Positions 23,811-36,171 of a DNA stretch of 64,000 bases are shown piece after piece (positions within the stretch are counted from its first letter, which is position 1; each line of letters begins with the position of its first letter). The position numbers and the translations under genes are program-made. The stretch is from Mobula hypostoma (taxonomy: Eukaryota). The stretch covers positions 40,488,001-40,552,000 of the forward strand of contig NC_086097.1 of assembly GCF_963921235.1 (NCBI RefSeq). The letters are read 5' to 3'. A model generated the notes under the pieces. The model saw nothing but the letters and a program-made list of their open reading frames with translations. It was not told the origin of the DNA and searched no databases.

Positions 23811-25519
23811 CCAGAGGTAATGAGAATCTGAATGCATTGCCAATTTCCATCAGAAATAAATTGTTCCATTAAAAATTGAATTCCAATTAAGTTTAAAAAC
23901 ACGTGCAAATTGCGATGACTTGTTGAGCAGCATTTCAATTTTAGCAGACATATATTTCCAAATGAAAGTCAGCTTTAAGCTGTGAAACTCATCAATCATG
24001 AGCTAGTTAAAGGAAGATTTATACTTTCTCAGAATTACCAATCATGATAACTGTACTAAATCAGTGAACTGTTAAAATCAAAATTACCAGTCACTCTATA
24101 GTTACCTTGACAACACAATGGCTCAACACTTACTTGAATGGAAAATCTCACAGTTCCCTTATTGATTAGACTTTATTCGTCATCCAACGGAGCATAAACA
24201 AACTGCAACCTGCTGAAAATGCAAGCCAGGGTGGTCCAGGCTTAGAATTCTGAGTGACTCTGTGTACCAGGATGCATGGACACCTGTCTCAGACTAGGTA
24301 ACATAAAGCAGGCAGGTGCCTGTTGTACACCCATGGTCATACGGATCTTGGATATTTTAAAATGCGTTAGATGGTCAAGCAGATCTACTACTTCGCTCCA
24401 GCATTTTAGCCGGAACATGAATGTGAAGAAAAAGCTGCATTTTTTTCATCTCAGTCAGAGAGTTTGGGAGAGAAAACTTGATCCAGGTTAAGTGAATCAG
24501 GCATGTAGAATAGAAGAATGGAACAGGAAAGAACTGTCCAAACAAATTCAGTGTGGAATCAGTTTCGTGAAACATCAGGAAATTATCGCAAAGCGTGCTT
24601 GTATTCCAAAAATGCAGAGAAGTATAAAAGCAGAACTTATTCCTTTCAAAAAAAATAATGAAATCAAAAACACAGATGCTGAAAAGTGACATAAAAACAG
24701 AACATGCAGTTTGAGGGGAGTTGCTAGCAGTGTGGGGAGAATAAAATGGGATGAGTGTAAATGGGTGCTTGATAGTCAGCCCTGACTCACTAGCCCAAAT
24801 GACCTATTTCTGTGACCATAACTCAATTGCCAGAAACATAGTTTAAGTTATTTTGGAAACTACTTTTAAGCAATTTTCCCACGTAATGGCTTAATTAATA
24901 ATGATATAATTGGTGGTATCTTCACTTAACGTTTGTGTTAGAATAAAGTTGAGGATGAGCAGTCAAACTTAGATTTGATTTAGGAGCATTTGCTGTTGCT
25001 ACTGGAAAGAATAAAAAGCTGCAGAAATATCAAAACCCAATTTAAATCAGTGAGACATCGATCAAACTAATACCAGGATAGAAAAATAGACCTGAATGTA
25101 TTTACATGAAGCAAGTTAAGTGATTTTTCAGCTTGATAAATTAGGCCATTGGAGAAATTGAAACTGATGTTACTTCCATAAAACCTTCATAGTAAAACAA
25201 CTTAATATGACAAGAAAATTGGTAAAGCTGTACTTGAGGAAATACTCAAATATTATTTCTACTGAAGCACTTTAATTCTGTGTTAAGTATCAAAGGGTAT
25301 TGGAGTAACCTTAGCACCGAGCTGTCTTGTGCTTCCCACTTGCAAAAAGATGAAATGTTTATGCTACAGGTAGTAATCTAGTGTTGAGAATCAAGTAATT
25401 GCTAAGGTGGAAATCTGAAATAAAAACAGGAAGTGCTAAAAATAGAGTTTATACAGCATTCTGAGGAAGAAATAGCAAAAGTCTCAGATTGCTGACACCT
25501 CACCAGTGCTGTGAAAGTG

Positions 25520-26205
25520 CATTTGAAGGAGTTTGAGGAGATTCGGTGTGTCACCAAAGACACTAACAAATATACCGTGGAGTGCATTCTGACTGGTTGC
25601 ATCCTCATCAGGTATGAAGTGGCCACTGCACAGGGTTAGAAAACGCTTTTCTAAACTCAGCCAGCTCTACCAAGGGCACTAGTCCCCCCAGCATTGAGGA
25701 CATCTCCAAAAGATGATGCCTCAGAGAAGCAGCATCCAGTATTGGGGGCCCCCATCACTCAGGAGGACATGCCCAAATTGGTATGGTCTTTCACTTATGC
25801 TGTTATGGTTATTATTCTATTATGGACTTGTAGAGTATGCTCATGAGAAAATGAATCTCAGGGTTATATATTGTGACATATATGTACTTTGATAATAAAT
25901 TTACTTTGAACTTAGAACTTTTTCTTGTTGCTACCATTAGGGAGGGGGTACAGTGCAGGAACCTTAAAGCACACTCATTGTTTTCGGAGCAGCTTCTTCC
26001 CCTCTGCCATCAGGTTTCTCAAAGGACAGTGAGCCAACCGATGAACACTGCCTCACTATTTTTGCACTACTTGTTTAATTTTTATATATACACATATGCC
26101 TTGTTGTAATTTATAGTTGCTTTTATGTATTGCACAGTGCTGCAGCCACAAAACAGCAAGTTTTATGACATATGCCAGTGATATTAAACCTGATTCAGAT
26201 TCTGC
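25520..26205 (+). mobile_element. Rex1/Babar-type 3' fragments (nested tails)
   Basis: TVECILTGCI motif; TTTGAAC tail at ~25905 and ATTCTG-type tail at ~26195. Confidence 0.65.
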
Positions 26206-26503
26206 TTCTGAAGCAAAGATGTTTTAAGTTGCAAAGAGGAGGGGGAGTGAAGAGTACTGTGACTGAAATCATTCAAGTGACACCTTGCTTCTCTTGCGTA
26301 TTCTATCAAGAGTTGAATAATTTTGAACAAGTATGGTCAAAAGGGATAAATTCTACAGGCAAGGAGAGAGTAGCATTCATTGACAAATGCACACTTTTGA
26401 TTCTGTACTGTATCATTGAATCAAGTAAAGTTGGAGTCAATTGGTATTTAGGAGCAAATTTTACATTAGTTAGATTCATTCCAAACTCAAAAGAGTAGCT
26501 TTT

Positions 26504-26827
26504 GGGGCCGGCTGGTGGCACAATGACATCGGCGCCAGACCCGGGAGTGGAGGTTCCCGGGTTTGAAGCCAGTCGGGTCAGCTCCCGAGTTCGCTTTCCA
26601 TCCGTGCCAGGTTGAGTGTCGAGATCGCAACTTAACCTCGTAAAATAAAGGGAAAAATACTGTGAAAATGTCTGCGTGAGGAGTGGCGCATCACACAGTC
26701 TCTCTCTCACTCTCTCTCGCTTTGCACCTTGGAAAAAGCCACGAAAAAGGCATCATCACAGTTGCACGCACATGCTAATGCACACACGCGCATGCATGCA
26801 GGCACACGACAACAAAAAAAAAAGAAA
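26504..26827 (+). mobile_element. tRNA-derived SINE with A-rich tail
   Basis: A-box-like TGGCACAATGA, B-box-like GGTTTGAAGCC; TSD AGTAGCTTT at 26494-26502 and 26828-26836. Confidence 0.75.
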
Positions 26828-27224
26828 AGTAGCTTTAGAATGCTGGTGGCAAGTCATCTCAGACTCAGGAGTTTGTTGCAGTTATTGCTCAGTGCAATAT
26901 CTCAACTGCCATAAATCTCTTCATTAATAATGTGTTTTTCATCATGAGAGCAGAGACTGAGTTATTTGCTCCACTGGAACTCCTCAGATTATGATGCTGT
27001 TCGTGGCCATGTGCAACAAACCTTGAACGATATTCACATCTAGTGCGAGAAATATGTTGTGCTACCTAAGTAGCAGGCAATGAAGAGTCCCTGCAAGAGG
27101 CTGTCTAACCAGCTTGAAACTTAACTATAGCTTCAACATCTAGGAGATTACCATTTATTGACTGGCCACGTTAATGTTATGGAACAAAAGTAGTCAGAGA
27201 ATGAGTCTCTGACATTAAAGCATA

Positions 27225-27900
27225 AGAACACAATGTCTGCATGGGACAATTATGCCAAGCTAACTAATCTCATGTGTTTGTACATGGTCTATATCCCTCC
27301 ATCTCCTGTTGTTGATGCATACATGTCTCTTAAACATTGCTATCAACTCTGCCAGCATGTTCTAGGCGCTGACAATTTTCTATGTAACAAAAACTTGTCT
27401 TGCAAAACTCCATTAAACTTTTCTCCTGTCTACTCTATACCCTTTAGTATCTGATATTTCTGGGGAAAAGATTCTGACACATCTGTCCTATCTATGCCTC
27501 CTTTAATTTTATGTATTGCAATCACATCACTCCTCCAGAGAAAGCAATTCAAGTTTATCCTATCTCTCTTTTTGGCTAACAAATGCAGACAACCCTAATG
27601 CCCTCCTGAAGAGTCCTGCTGAAGGGTCTCGGCCCAAAACGTTGACTGTTTACTCATTTCCATAGATGCTGCCTGGCCTCCTGAGTTCCTCCAGCATTTA
27701 GCGTGTGTTGCTTGGATTTCCAGCATATGCAGATTTTATCTTGTTTGTGATTGAACCCTAATGCCCTACCCTCTCCATAGCTGAACTTTTGATGCTAAAT
27801 ATGTATAAAATGCCTTAGTGTTCCCCTTAATTCTACCTGCCAAGGACATTTTGTGGTCCCTTTTGCCTTCTCAATTCTTTAACTTCATTTCTCCTTATTC
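27225..27900 (-). mobile_element. Old CR1 3' fragment
   Basis: Reverse-complement CR1 C-terminal motifs (GGGGAAAAGATTCTGAC..CTATCTATGCCTC). Confidence 0.6.
27605..27753 (+). mobile_element. 149-bp Penelope terminus-only insertion
   Basis: Perfect 14-bp TSD AACCCTAATGCCCT (27591-27604; 27754-27767); mutated hammerhead core at 27612-27648. Confidence 0.85.
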
Positions 27901-27999
27901 CACAGGGGTTTTATCTCATTTCAGATTCCTGAACATCACATATGCTTCATCTTCAGAGTCTGCAAAGCCTTTCCACTATCAGTGAGGCATGAGCTAAGG

Positions 28000-28430
28000 G
28001 AAGGTTAGAATACAGTACTTTCAGTTTGCCTGGATGAATGCAGCTCCAACCACACTCACTCACTAGCATCATTCACTCCAAATATTGATTGGCACTCCAT
28101 CCATGTCAAACATTCACTATCTCTATTACTAGTTCACTGTTGCCATAATGTGCACCATCTATAGAACAAACTGCAGCAATACATCAACACTACTCCCACC
28201 CATGCCTTATACTATCAGGAACAGGGGTTCACAACCTTTCTTATGCCAAGGACCTATAGCATTAAGCAAGGGGTCCGTGCTCAGGTTGGGAATCCTTGAT
28301 CTAGAAAAACAAGAATAGCAGAAACATAGGGGTGCCACCATTAGCATTTTCCCTCACCACCCAGACAGAAAAATATTACCATGTATTCATTATCATTGGA
28401 TCTAAATCCTGGTGTCACTTCCACAAGATT
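28000..28430 (+). mobile_element. Old CR1-group LINE 3' fragment
   Basis: GGATGAATGCAGCTCCAAC..GATTGGCAC..GTGCACCATCTA motifs. Confidence 0.5.
28222..28298. mobile_element. hAT (Charlie-type) MITE
   Basis: TIRs CAGGGGTTCACAACC / GGTTGGGAATCCTTG; 8-bp flanks ATCAGGAA / ATCTAGAA. Confidence 0.7.
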
Positions 28431-28464
28431 GATACATAAATCCTTCACCACAAAGCAGCAAACG

Positions 28465-28630
28465 TTCAAGGAAACACTCACAAAGTGCTGAAGAAAGTCA
28501 GGAAGCATCAATTGGAAGTGAATGAACAGTTGACATTTCAGGCCAAGACCCTTCTTCAGCATTGGAAATGAAAGAAGAAGATGCCAGAATAAAAAAAGTG
28601 GATGGAGGGTAGATAAATACCAAACTATCA
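28465..28630 (-). mobile_element. Penelope terminus remnant
   Basis: CAGTTGACATTTCAGGCCAAGACCCTTC decayed hammerhead and flanks. Confidence 0.7.
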
Positions 28631-30568
28631 AATATAACTAGAGGTGGGCAATAAATGCCAACCAAGCCCAGATCCTGTGAGTAAGCAAAATAAGAGATAA
28701 ATTAAAATTGCTGGATAGTGAACTGCTTAAATCTGACTCCATTGGGGGTCACTCTGGATTAGTTTTAGCCAACTTCAAGGTCAGACGCTTTGGCTAAGTG
28801 TAGATCATTTTGTATGCAAAAGGATGTCGGATTTAGAAAATTACATGCCAGTCTAATGTCCCCCTTGAATAGAAAATGCAGCATAAGATCAGAGGAACCA
28901 ATCCACACAAAGTGTGCTCTAAACAACAAGCTGCTAATTTGATATGCATTAACTAAGGCAAGCTTCTTTATTCCACTGACATTCCATTTTACAACAAAAG
29001 GCCTAATTAGTGTGGCAAAGGGATTATGGACAGATAATAAAAAAAGTCACAAATACTTCTTTGATAATGGTTAGTTTAGCTGGGTGCTCATGCTGACCTA
29101 AAAGAATGAATGCCTGGCAGAGAGATTGACCTAATTATTATGAATGACAAAGGCTGATTTCTAAATGTCCATTGTGGAGCTGCATATATTCCAATTAATT
29201 TTGATAGTCCACAAATACATTACTGAACATCTGTAATTGAGTTTAGCTCATGTTTAAAAAAAGGTTTTAACATTTTGTTGTGTTGTGACAGTGTGATTTC
29301 AAGGTTATTCATAATGTTCGCAACATACAATAATCAAACTCAATGTTGGCAACACAGGCCTGAGTGAATAACAATTTCCCGTGTTTGAAGCATATGTTTA
29401 CAGGAAAATTGAGTGGAGCTCCAAATGCATACTTCCTATTATGTCAGAATTATAGCAAACTGCATTAGGTGCCAGAGGATAAGTTGTTCAGTTTAAAAAT
29501 CTAGGAATAAATGGTACAAAAGATATGAAATGGGTTACACACCAGAAAAACACTTAGTTTTGATGCTTCATATGCCAGGATGCTGTTCATTGATTTCAGC
29601 TCAGCACTTAACTTGTTTATCATTCAGAGGCCAGTGTGAATTGTCCGCACTGGGACTCGACAACCCTCTCTGAGAGATATTGAGGCCCAGATTAAGGAAA
29701 GAAAAGGAGGTGCAGAGTAGGTGTAAACAGGTAGCAACAAATGAGGTGCTTATGGAGTATGAGAAATGTAAGCGATGACTTAAAGAAAAAAAATCAGGAG
29801 AGCTAAAAGAAGGCATGAGTTTGTCCTAGCCGACAAGGTGAAGGGGAATCCTAAGGGTTTCTACAGATATGTTAAGAGCAAGATAATTGCAAGGGACAAA
29901 ATTGGTCCTCTGGAAGATCAGAATGGTAATCCAAGCATGGAGCCAAGAGAGATAGGGGGAGATCTTAAATTAATCTTTTGCATCTGTATTTACTCAGAAG
30001 ATGGACACAGAGTCTATGCAAGCGAGTCAAATTGCCATCAACTTTCTGTGAGAATAAGAAGATCCTCTTCTGGTTGGCTGCTGGCTGCCAGTGACTAGTA
30101 GTGTTCCGCAGGGTCCGGTGTTGGGACCACTTCTTTTTATGCTGTATATCAGTCAATGACTTAAATAATGGAATAGCTGACTTTGTTGCCAGGTTTGCAG
30201 ATGATACAAAGCTGGGTGGAGGGTCAGGTAGTGTTGACGAAACTGGTAGGCTGCAGAAGGAACTAGACAGATTAGGAGAATGGCAAGAAAGTGGCAAATG
30301 AAACACAGCGTTGGAAAATGCATGGTCATGCACTTTGGTAGTAGATATAAATGTGCAAACTACTTTCTAGACATGGAGAAAATCCAAAAATCTGAGATGC
30401 AAACAGAACACCCTAAAGATTAACTAGGAGGTGGAGTCAGAGGTGAGGAAGGCAAATGCAATGTTAGAATTCATTTCAAGAGGTCTAGAAATACAAGATC
30501 AGGGATGTGATGCTGAGGCTTTATAAGGCACTAGTGAGGCTTCACCTTGAGTATTGTGAACAGTTTTC

Positions 30569-31485
30569 AGAATCAGAATCAGGTTTATTATCACTGGCAT
30601 GTGTTGTGAAATTTGTTAACTTAGCAGCAACAGTTCAATGCAATACATAATCTAGCAGAAAGAAAAAAAATAACATTTAAAAAATAATAATAATTAAGTA
30701 AATCAATTACTTTATATGTATATTGAATAGATTTTTTTTAAGTGCAAAAACAGGAATACTGTGTTTTTTTAAAAAAAAGTAAGGTAGTGTCCAAAGATTC
30801 AATGTCCATTTAGGAATCAGATGGCAGAGGGGAAGAAGCTGTTCCTGAATCGCTGAGTGTGTGCTTTCACCCTTTTGTACCTTCTACCTGATGGTAACCG
30901 TGAGGCCTTTCCTCCTTGGAGTGGCAGAGGATGAGAGGTGACCTGATAGAGGTGTATCAGATGATGAGAGGCATTGATCATGTGGATAGTCAGAGGCTTT
31001 TTCCCAGGGCTGAAGTGGCTAACATGAGAGGGCACAGTTTTAAGGTGCTTGGAAGTAGGTACAGAGGGGATGTCAGGGGTAAGTTTTTTACGCAGAGAGT
31101 GGTGAGTGTGTGGAATGGGCTGTCAGTGATGGTGGTGGAGGTGGATGCAATAGGGTCTTTTAAGAGACTCCTGGATAGAAACATGGAGCTTAGAAAACTA
31201 GAGGGCTATGGGTAATCCGAGGTAATTTCTAAAGTAAGTACATGTTCGGCACAGCATTGTGGGCCGAAGGGCCTGTATTGTGCTGTAGGTTTTCTATGCT
31301 ACTATGTTGCTAAAAGGGCAAGCCCTAGGTGCTGGAGGTCCTTAATAATGGACACTGCTTCCTGAAGATGTCCTGAGTACTTTGTAGGCTAGTCCCCAAG
31401 ATGGAGCTGACTAGATTACAACCTTCTGCAGCTTCTTTCGGTCCTGTGCAGTAGCCCCTATATACCAGATAGTGATGCAGCCCGG
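30569..31485 (-). mobile_element. Rex1/Babar-type 3' fragment, split by CR1 at ~30900-31310
   Basis: (ATTCTG)n tail; LPSGRRYKRVKAHTQRFRNSFFPSAI. Confidence 0.8.
30900..31310 (+). mobile_element. CR1 3' end (same subfamily as 20119-21812)
   Basis: ORF 30916..31215 highly similar to 21420-21715. Confidence 0.9.
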
Positions 31486-32059
31486 TAGGCTACTTGTCTG
31501 AGAAAAGATGTGCTGGCAGTGGAGTGGATACAGAGGAGGTTCACAAGAATGATTCTGGGAATGAAAGGGTTATCATACAAGAAGCGTTTAATATCTGTGT
31601 GTCTGTAATCACTGGAGTTTAGAAGGATGAGGAGAGAACTTATTGAAAACTTTCAAATGTTGAAAGTCTTAGGCAGAGTAGATGTGGAAAGGATGTTTCC
31701 GATGGTGAGAGAGCCTAGGACAAGAGGGCAAAACTTCTGGATAGAGGGGCGTCCATTTAAAACAAGAAGTGGAGAAATTTCTTTAGCCAGAGGCTGGTGA
31801 ATTTGTGGAATTTGTTACACAGGCTGCTGTGGAGGCTGGGTCATTGAGTGTATTTAAGGCAGAACTTAATAGGTTCTCGAATGGACACAGCATCAAAGGT
31901 GATGGGGAGAAGGCCAGAGGGTGAGACTGAGGAGGGGATAAAAGGATCAGCCATGATTGAATGGCAGGGTAGACTTGATGGGCCAAGTGGCTTATTTCTG
32001 CTATCTCTTATGGTCTAACTTCACAGACCCTGCCTTGAGGCAAAGTGGGGTAGATAAAT

Positions 32060-32839
32060 AGGAAAACGGATTATTATCTGAATGGTGGCCGATTAGGAAA
32101 AGGGGAGGTGCAACGAGACCTGGGTGTCATTATACACCAGTCATTGAAAGTGGGCATGCAGGTACAGCAGGCGGTGAAAAAGGCGAATGGTATGCTGGCA
32201 TTTATAGCGAGAGGATTCGAGTACAGGAGCAGGGAGGTACTACTGCAGTTGTACAAGGCCTTGGTGAGACCACACCTGGAGTATTGTGTGCAGTTTTGGT
32301 CCCCTAATCTGAGGAAAGACATCTTTGCCATAGAGGGAGTACAAAGAAGGTTCACCAGATTGATTCCTGGGATGGCAGGACTTTCATATGAAGAAAGACT
32401 GGATGAACTGGGCTTGTACTCGTTGGAATTTAGAAGATTGAGGGGGGATCTGATTGAAACGTATAAGATCCTAAAGGGATTGGACAGGCTAGATGCGGGA
32501 AGATTGTTCCCGATGTTGGGGAAGTCCAGAACGAGGGGTCACAGTTTGAGGATAGAGGGGAAGCCTTTTAGGACTGAGATTAGGAAAAACTTCTTCACAC
32601 AGAGAGTGGTGAATCTGTGGAATTCTCTGCCACAGGAAACAGTTGAGGCCAGTTCATTGGCTATGTTTAAGAGGGAGTTAGATATGGCCCTTGTGGCTAC
32701 AGGGGTCAGGGGGTATGGAGGGAAGGCTGGGGCGGGGTTCTGAGTTGGATGATCAGCCATGATCATAATAAATAGCGGTGCAGGCTCGAAGGGCCGAATG
32801 GCCTACTCCTGCACCTATTTTCTATGTTTCTATGTTTCT
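32060..32839 (+). mobile_element. Young 5'-truncated CR1 with uninterrupted ORF2 C-terminus
   Basis: Open 211-aa ORF 32108..32743; (TTTCTATG)n tail; ATAAAT at 32054-32059 and 32840-32845. Confidence 0.95.
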
Positions 32840-34384
32840 ATAAATCCCCAGAACCTTGCAAGGTGTTCCCTCGGACCCTGCGGGAGGAAAGTGCAGAAAT
32901 TGATGGGGCCCTAGCAGAAATATCTAAATCATCTTTAGTGACAGGTTAGGTACCAGAAGATTGTAGGATAGCAGATATTGTTCTACTGTTTAAAAAAATA
33001 AACCAGGAAATCATAGGTTGGTGAGCATGACATTAGTAGTGGGAAAATTATTGGAAAGTATTCTTAAAAAACTTGATTTATGAGTATTTGGATAGACATG
33101 GACGGATTTAGGATTGTCAGCATAGATTTGTATGTGGTAAGTCATGTGCAACCAGTCTTATAGAGTTTTTTCAAAAAGTTACCAGGGAAGTTAATGAAGG
33201 CAAGGCAGTGGATGTTGTCTACATAGTCTTTAGCAAGGCCTTTGACAAGGTTCCACATGGGAGGCCAGTCAAAAAGGTTCAGTCGCTTGGCATTCAAGAG
33301 GAGGTAGTAAATTGGATGAGACATTGGCTTTGTGGGAGAAGCCAAAGAGTGGTTGTAGAGGGCTGCCTTTCTGACTGCAGGCCTGGGACTAATGCAGTAC
33401 CACAGAGATTGGTGCTGGGTCCTCTGTTGTTTGTCCTATATCAATGATTTGGATAATAATGTCATTAACTGGATCAGCAACTTGTGGATGACGTCAAGAT
33501 TGAGGGTATAGTGGACAGCAACGAAGCCTATCATGGCTTGCAGCTAGATCTGGACCAGCTGGAAAAATGGGCAGGAAAATGGCAGATGAAATTTAATGCA
33601 GACAAGTTGCTCTTTGGAGGGACCAACCTTGGTAGATTTTACACAGTGAATGGTAGGGCACAGAGGAGTGTGATAGAACAAAAAGGGATCTGGGAATAAG
33701 GTCCATAATTCAGGTGGATAGAGTTGTAAAGAAAGCTTTTGGTGCATTGGCCTTCATAACTCAAAGTATTGAGTACAGGACATGGGATGATAGGTTGAAG
33801 TTGTTTAAGACATTGGTGAGGTCTAATTTGGAGTATTGTTTGCAGTTTTGGTCATCCACCTACAGGAAAGATGTAAATAATGTTGAATGAGAACAGAGAA
33901 AATTTACAAATGTATTACCAGGTCTGGAGGACCTGAGTTATAAGGATAGACTGAATAGGTTCAGACATTATTCCTTGGAACTCAGAAGATTGAGAAGAGA
34001 TTTGATAGAGGTATACAAAATTATGAGGGATATAGATAGGGTAAATGCAAGTAGGCTTTTTCCATTGAGGTTGGGTGGGACTACAACTACAGGTCATAGG
34101 TTAAGGGTGAAAGGTGAAAAGTTTAAGGGGAATATGAGGGGAAACTTCTTCATTCAGAGGGTCATGAGAGTGTGGAATGAGTTGCCAGTGCAAGTGGTGC
34201 AATTGAGCTCAATTTCAATATTTAATAGGTTTGGATGGATAGATGGTTGGTAGGGCAATGGAGGGCATATGGTCCTGGTGCAGGTCAATGGGAGTAGGCA
34301 GTTTAGATGGTACGATATGGACCAGATTGGCTGAAGGGTCTATTTCTCTGCTGTACTTTTCTATGACTCTGTAACTCTAATGTT

Positions 34385-35312
34385 CTGTAACTGAATCTTG
34401 GACTTCTTGATGGAAAGACCCCAGTCAATCCAAGTTGCCAGCAATATCTCAAGTTCCATCATACTGAGCACCAGTGCCCCTGCCAAGTTTGTGTGCTCAG
34501 CCCACACAACATGTTGGTTAATCCTCAGTCTCAACGTGGACAAGGCAAAAGAGATGATTGTGGACATTAGGAAGGCAAAGGTTGACCACTCTCCACAGCA
34601 TGTCAATGGTTCTGCCATGGAGAGAGTAAAGAGCACAAGGTCCTTGGTGCGCACTTAACAGACTAACTAAACTGGACCCACAACACCTCCGCACTCGTCA
34701 AGAAGGCACAGCAGCATCTACACTTTCTGAGGAGATTGAGGCGTGCAAAGCTCCCCACACCCATTCTAATAACTGTCTACAGCAGCACCATACACGGTGT
34801 CCTTTCTGGCTGCATCATCTGTGTGGTATGGAAGCTGCAAGGTATCAGATCACCAGACTCCACAGAGGACAATAAAAACCACTGAGAGGATCACTGGGGT
34901 CCCCTTCCCTCCTATTTGCAACATTTACCTGGACCACAGCAGACAAAGGGCCCAAAACATTATTGAAGATCTCTACAATCTCTTTGACCCATTATTGTCA
35001 GGAAGGAAGTACGGAAGCATCAGGACTAGGACTGCTCCTTTCCTCAGGCTGTGAGACTAATGAATGCCCTGCCACCACTGAGGTCTCGCCATGAGGACAG
35101 CAAGCTGTCTACTGTTCACTGTTCACCAGTGGTGCACTTCATCTCATACATTTTGAAGTATATTTTATTAACCTATTTATAGTATAACATTTTGGTTTTT
35201 GTGCTGTGTGTGATATATGTTGTGTTGGTGCACCGTGGGTCCAGAGAAATGCTGTTTTGTTTGGTTGTATAGTGTATATATCCAGACAGCTGACAACAAT
35301 TTTGAACTTGAC
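34385..35312 (+). mobile_element. Rex1/Babar LINE 3' part with internal deletion
   Basis: DFLMERPQS..STSAP then LNVDKAKEMIVD; VWYGSC; LLSGRKYGSIRTRT. Confidence 0.8.
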
Positions 35313-35343
35313 CTTCGTGGCATTAGCAGCATGCTATGTACTG

Positions 35344-36171
35344 TGTTACATACCCCGTAACTGGGTTGCCAAAACAGCAGAAATGGACCACTTAGTTGGA
35401 GTCTGGTTTAACAGAAACTAATAAAGTTTTATTAAAGAAATAAGTAACACAGTACTCTAATCATAAGGATATAAATGCAACAGGTTAGCAATGATGAAAC
35501 CCACATGTACACAGAACTAGGGTAATGGGAATCAACCAAGTTCTATCGCAGTCTAGGAGTAAAATGATCAGTCTCAAGTGACGTAGAGTTCAGTTCAGCT
35601 TAGTACAGTTCGTAGTAATCGCTGTTGTGCCGTTGGAGAGAGAGAAAGAATGCAAATTTTGATTCAAACAGACCTTTGATGTTCTTCACAGTTAGCTTTC
35701 GGGCGAACCCTTTTATGTCATCTGTGGTCACTGACTGTGACCCCTCTGTTCCGGATACGACCGTTCTTCCGCGGTGAACCCGGCACCCAGGCAAGGACGG
35801 ACACACACACCAGGTTCCCGCCGATCGTCCCTTTTCACCCTGTCAGTCTATGGTCGGTTCTCTCGAACCAGACCTCCAACTCCACCAACTTGTGGGGGCA
35901 CACTGCTCTTCCAGGGTCTCGTTATCTCGTGATCTCGTGGTGTGTGTCGTGCCTTAGCGAACCTGTTCTTTTTATCCCCCTGCTGGGGTGTCGCCTGTCC
36001 ATCAAACTTCAAACAGTTCAGGTTCAAAGCAATCGGTCTGTCAATATTCTGAAATGTGTTTCTTTCTCGTTAATCTCTCTCTTCTCTCATTAGCATTTTG
36101 AATGTTTCTCCATTGTCTCACTTATCTCTCTCATCAGCATCAATCTTCTGATAACTTGGTTTGTCACCACG
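35344..36171 (-). mobile_element. Solo LTR
   Basis: TGTTAC...CACCACG ends, 4-bp TSD ACTG (35340-35343; 36172-36175); orientation inferred from AATAAA on minus. Confidence 0.75.

Larger units (their letters stand above)
30047..32016 (+). mobile_element. Second CR1 nested in first (30047-30568, 31490-32016)
   Basis: FADDTKLGG; resumes AGAAAAGATGTGCTGGCA; short AACTT repeat at both ends. Confidence 0.8.
29640..34372 (+). mobile_element. CR1 LINE (host of nested cluster; pieces 29640-30045, ~32020-32059, 32840-34372)
   Basis: KGNPKGFYRYV, FSKAFDKVPH, VPQRLVLGP, DDVKI, VWNELP in order. Confidence 0.85.

Noticed and set aside
26504..26580. tRNA gene
   Set aside because: No convincing cloverleaf or T-run terminator; continues into SINE body with A-tail and TSD
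27020..27070. Possible 44-nt minus exon (VAQHISRTRCEYRS)
   Set aside because: Phase fits but sites are weak; chance likely
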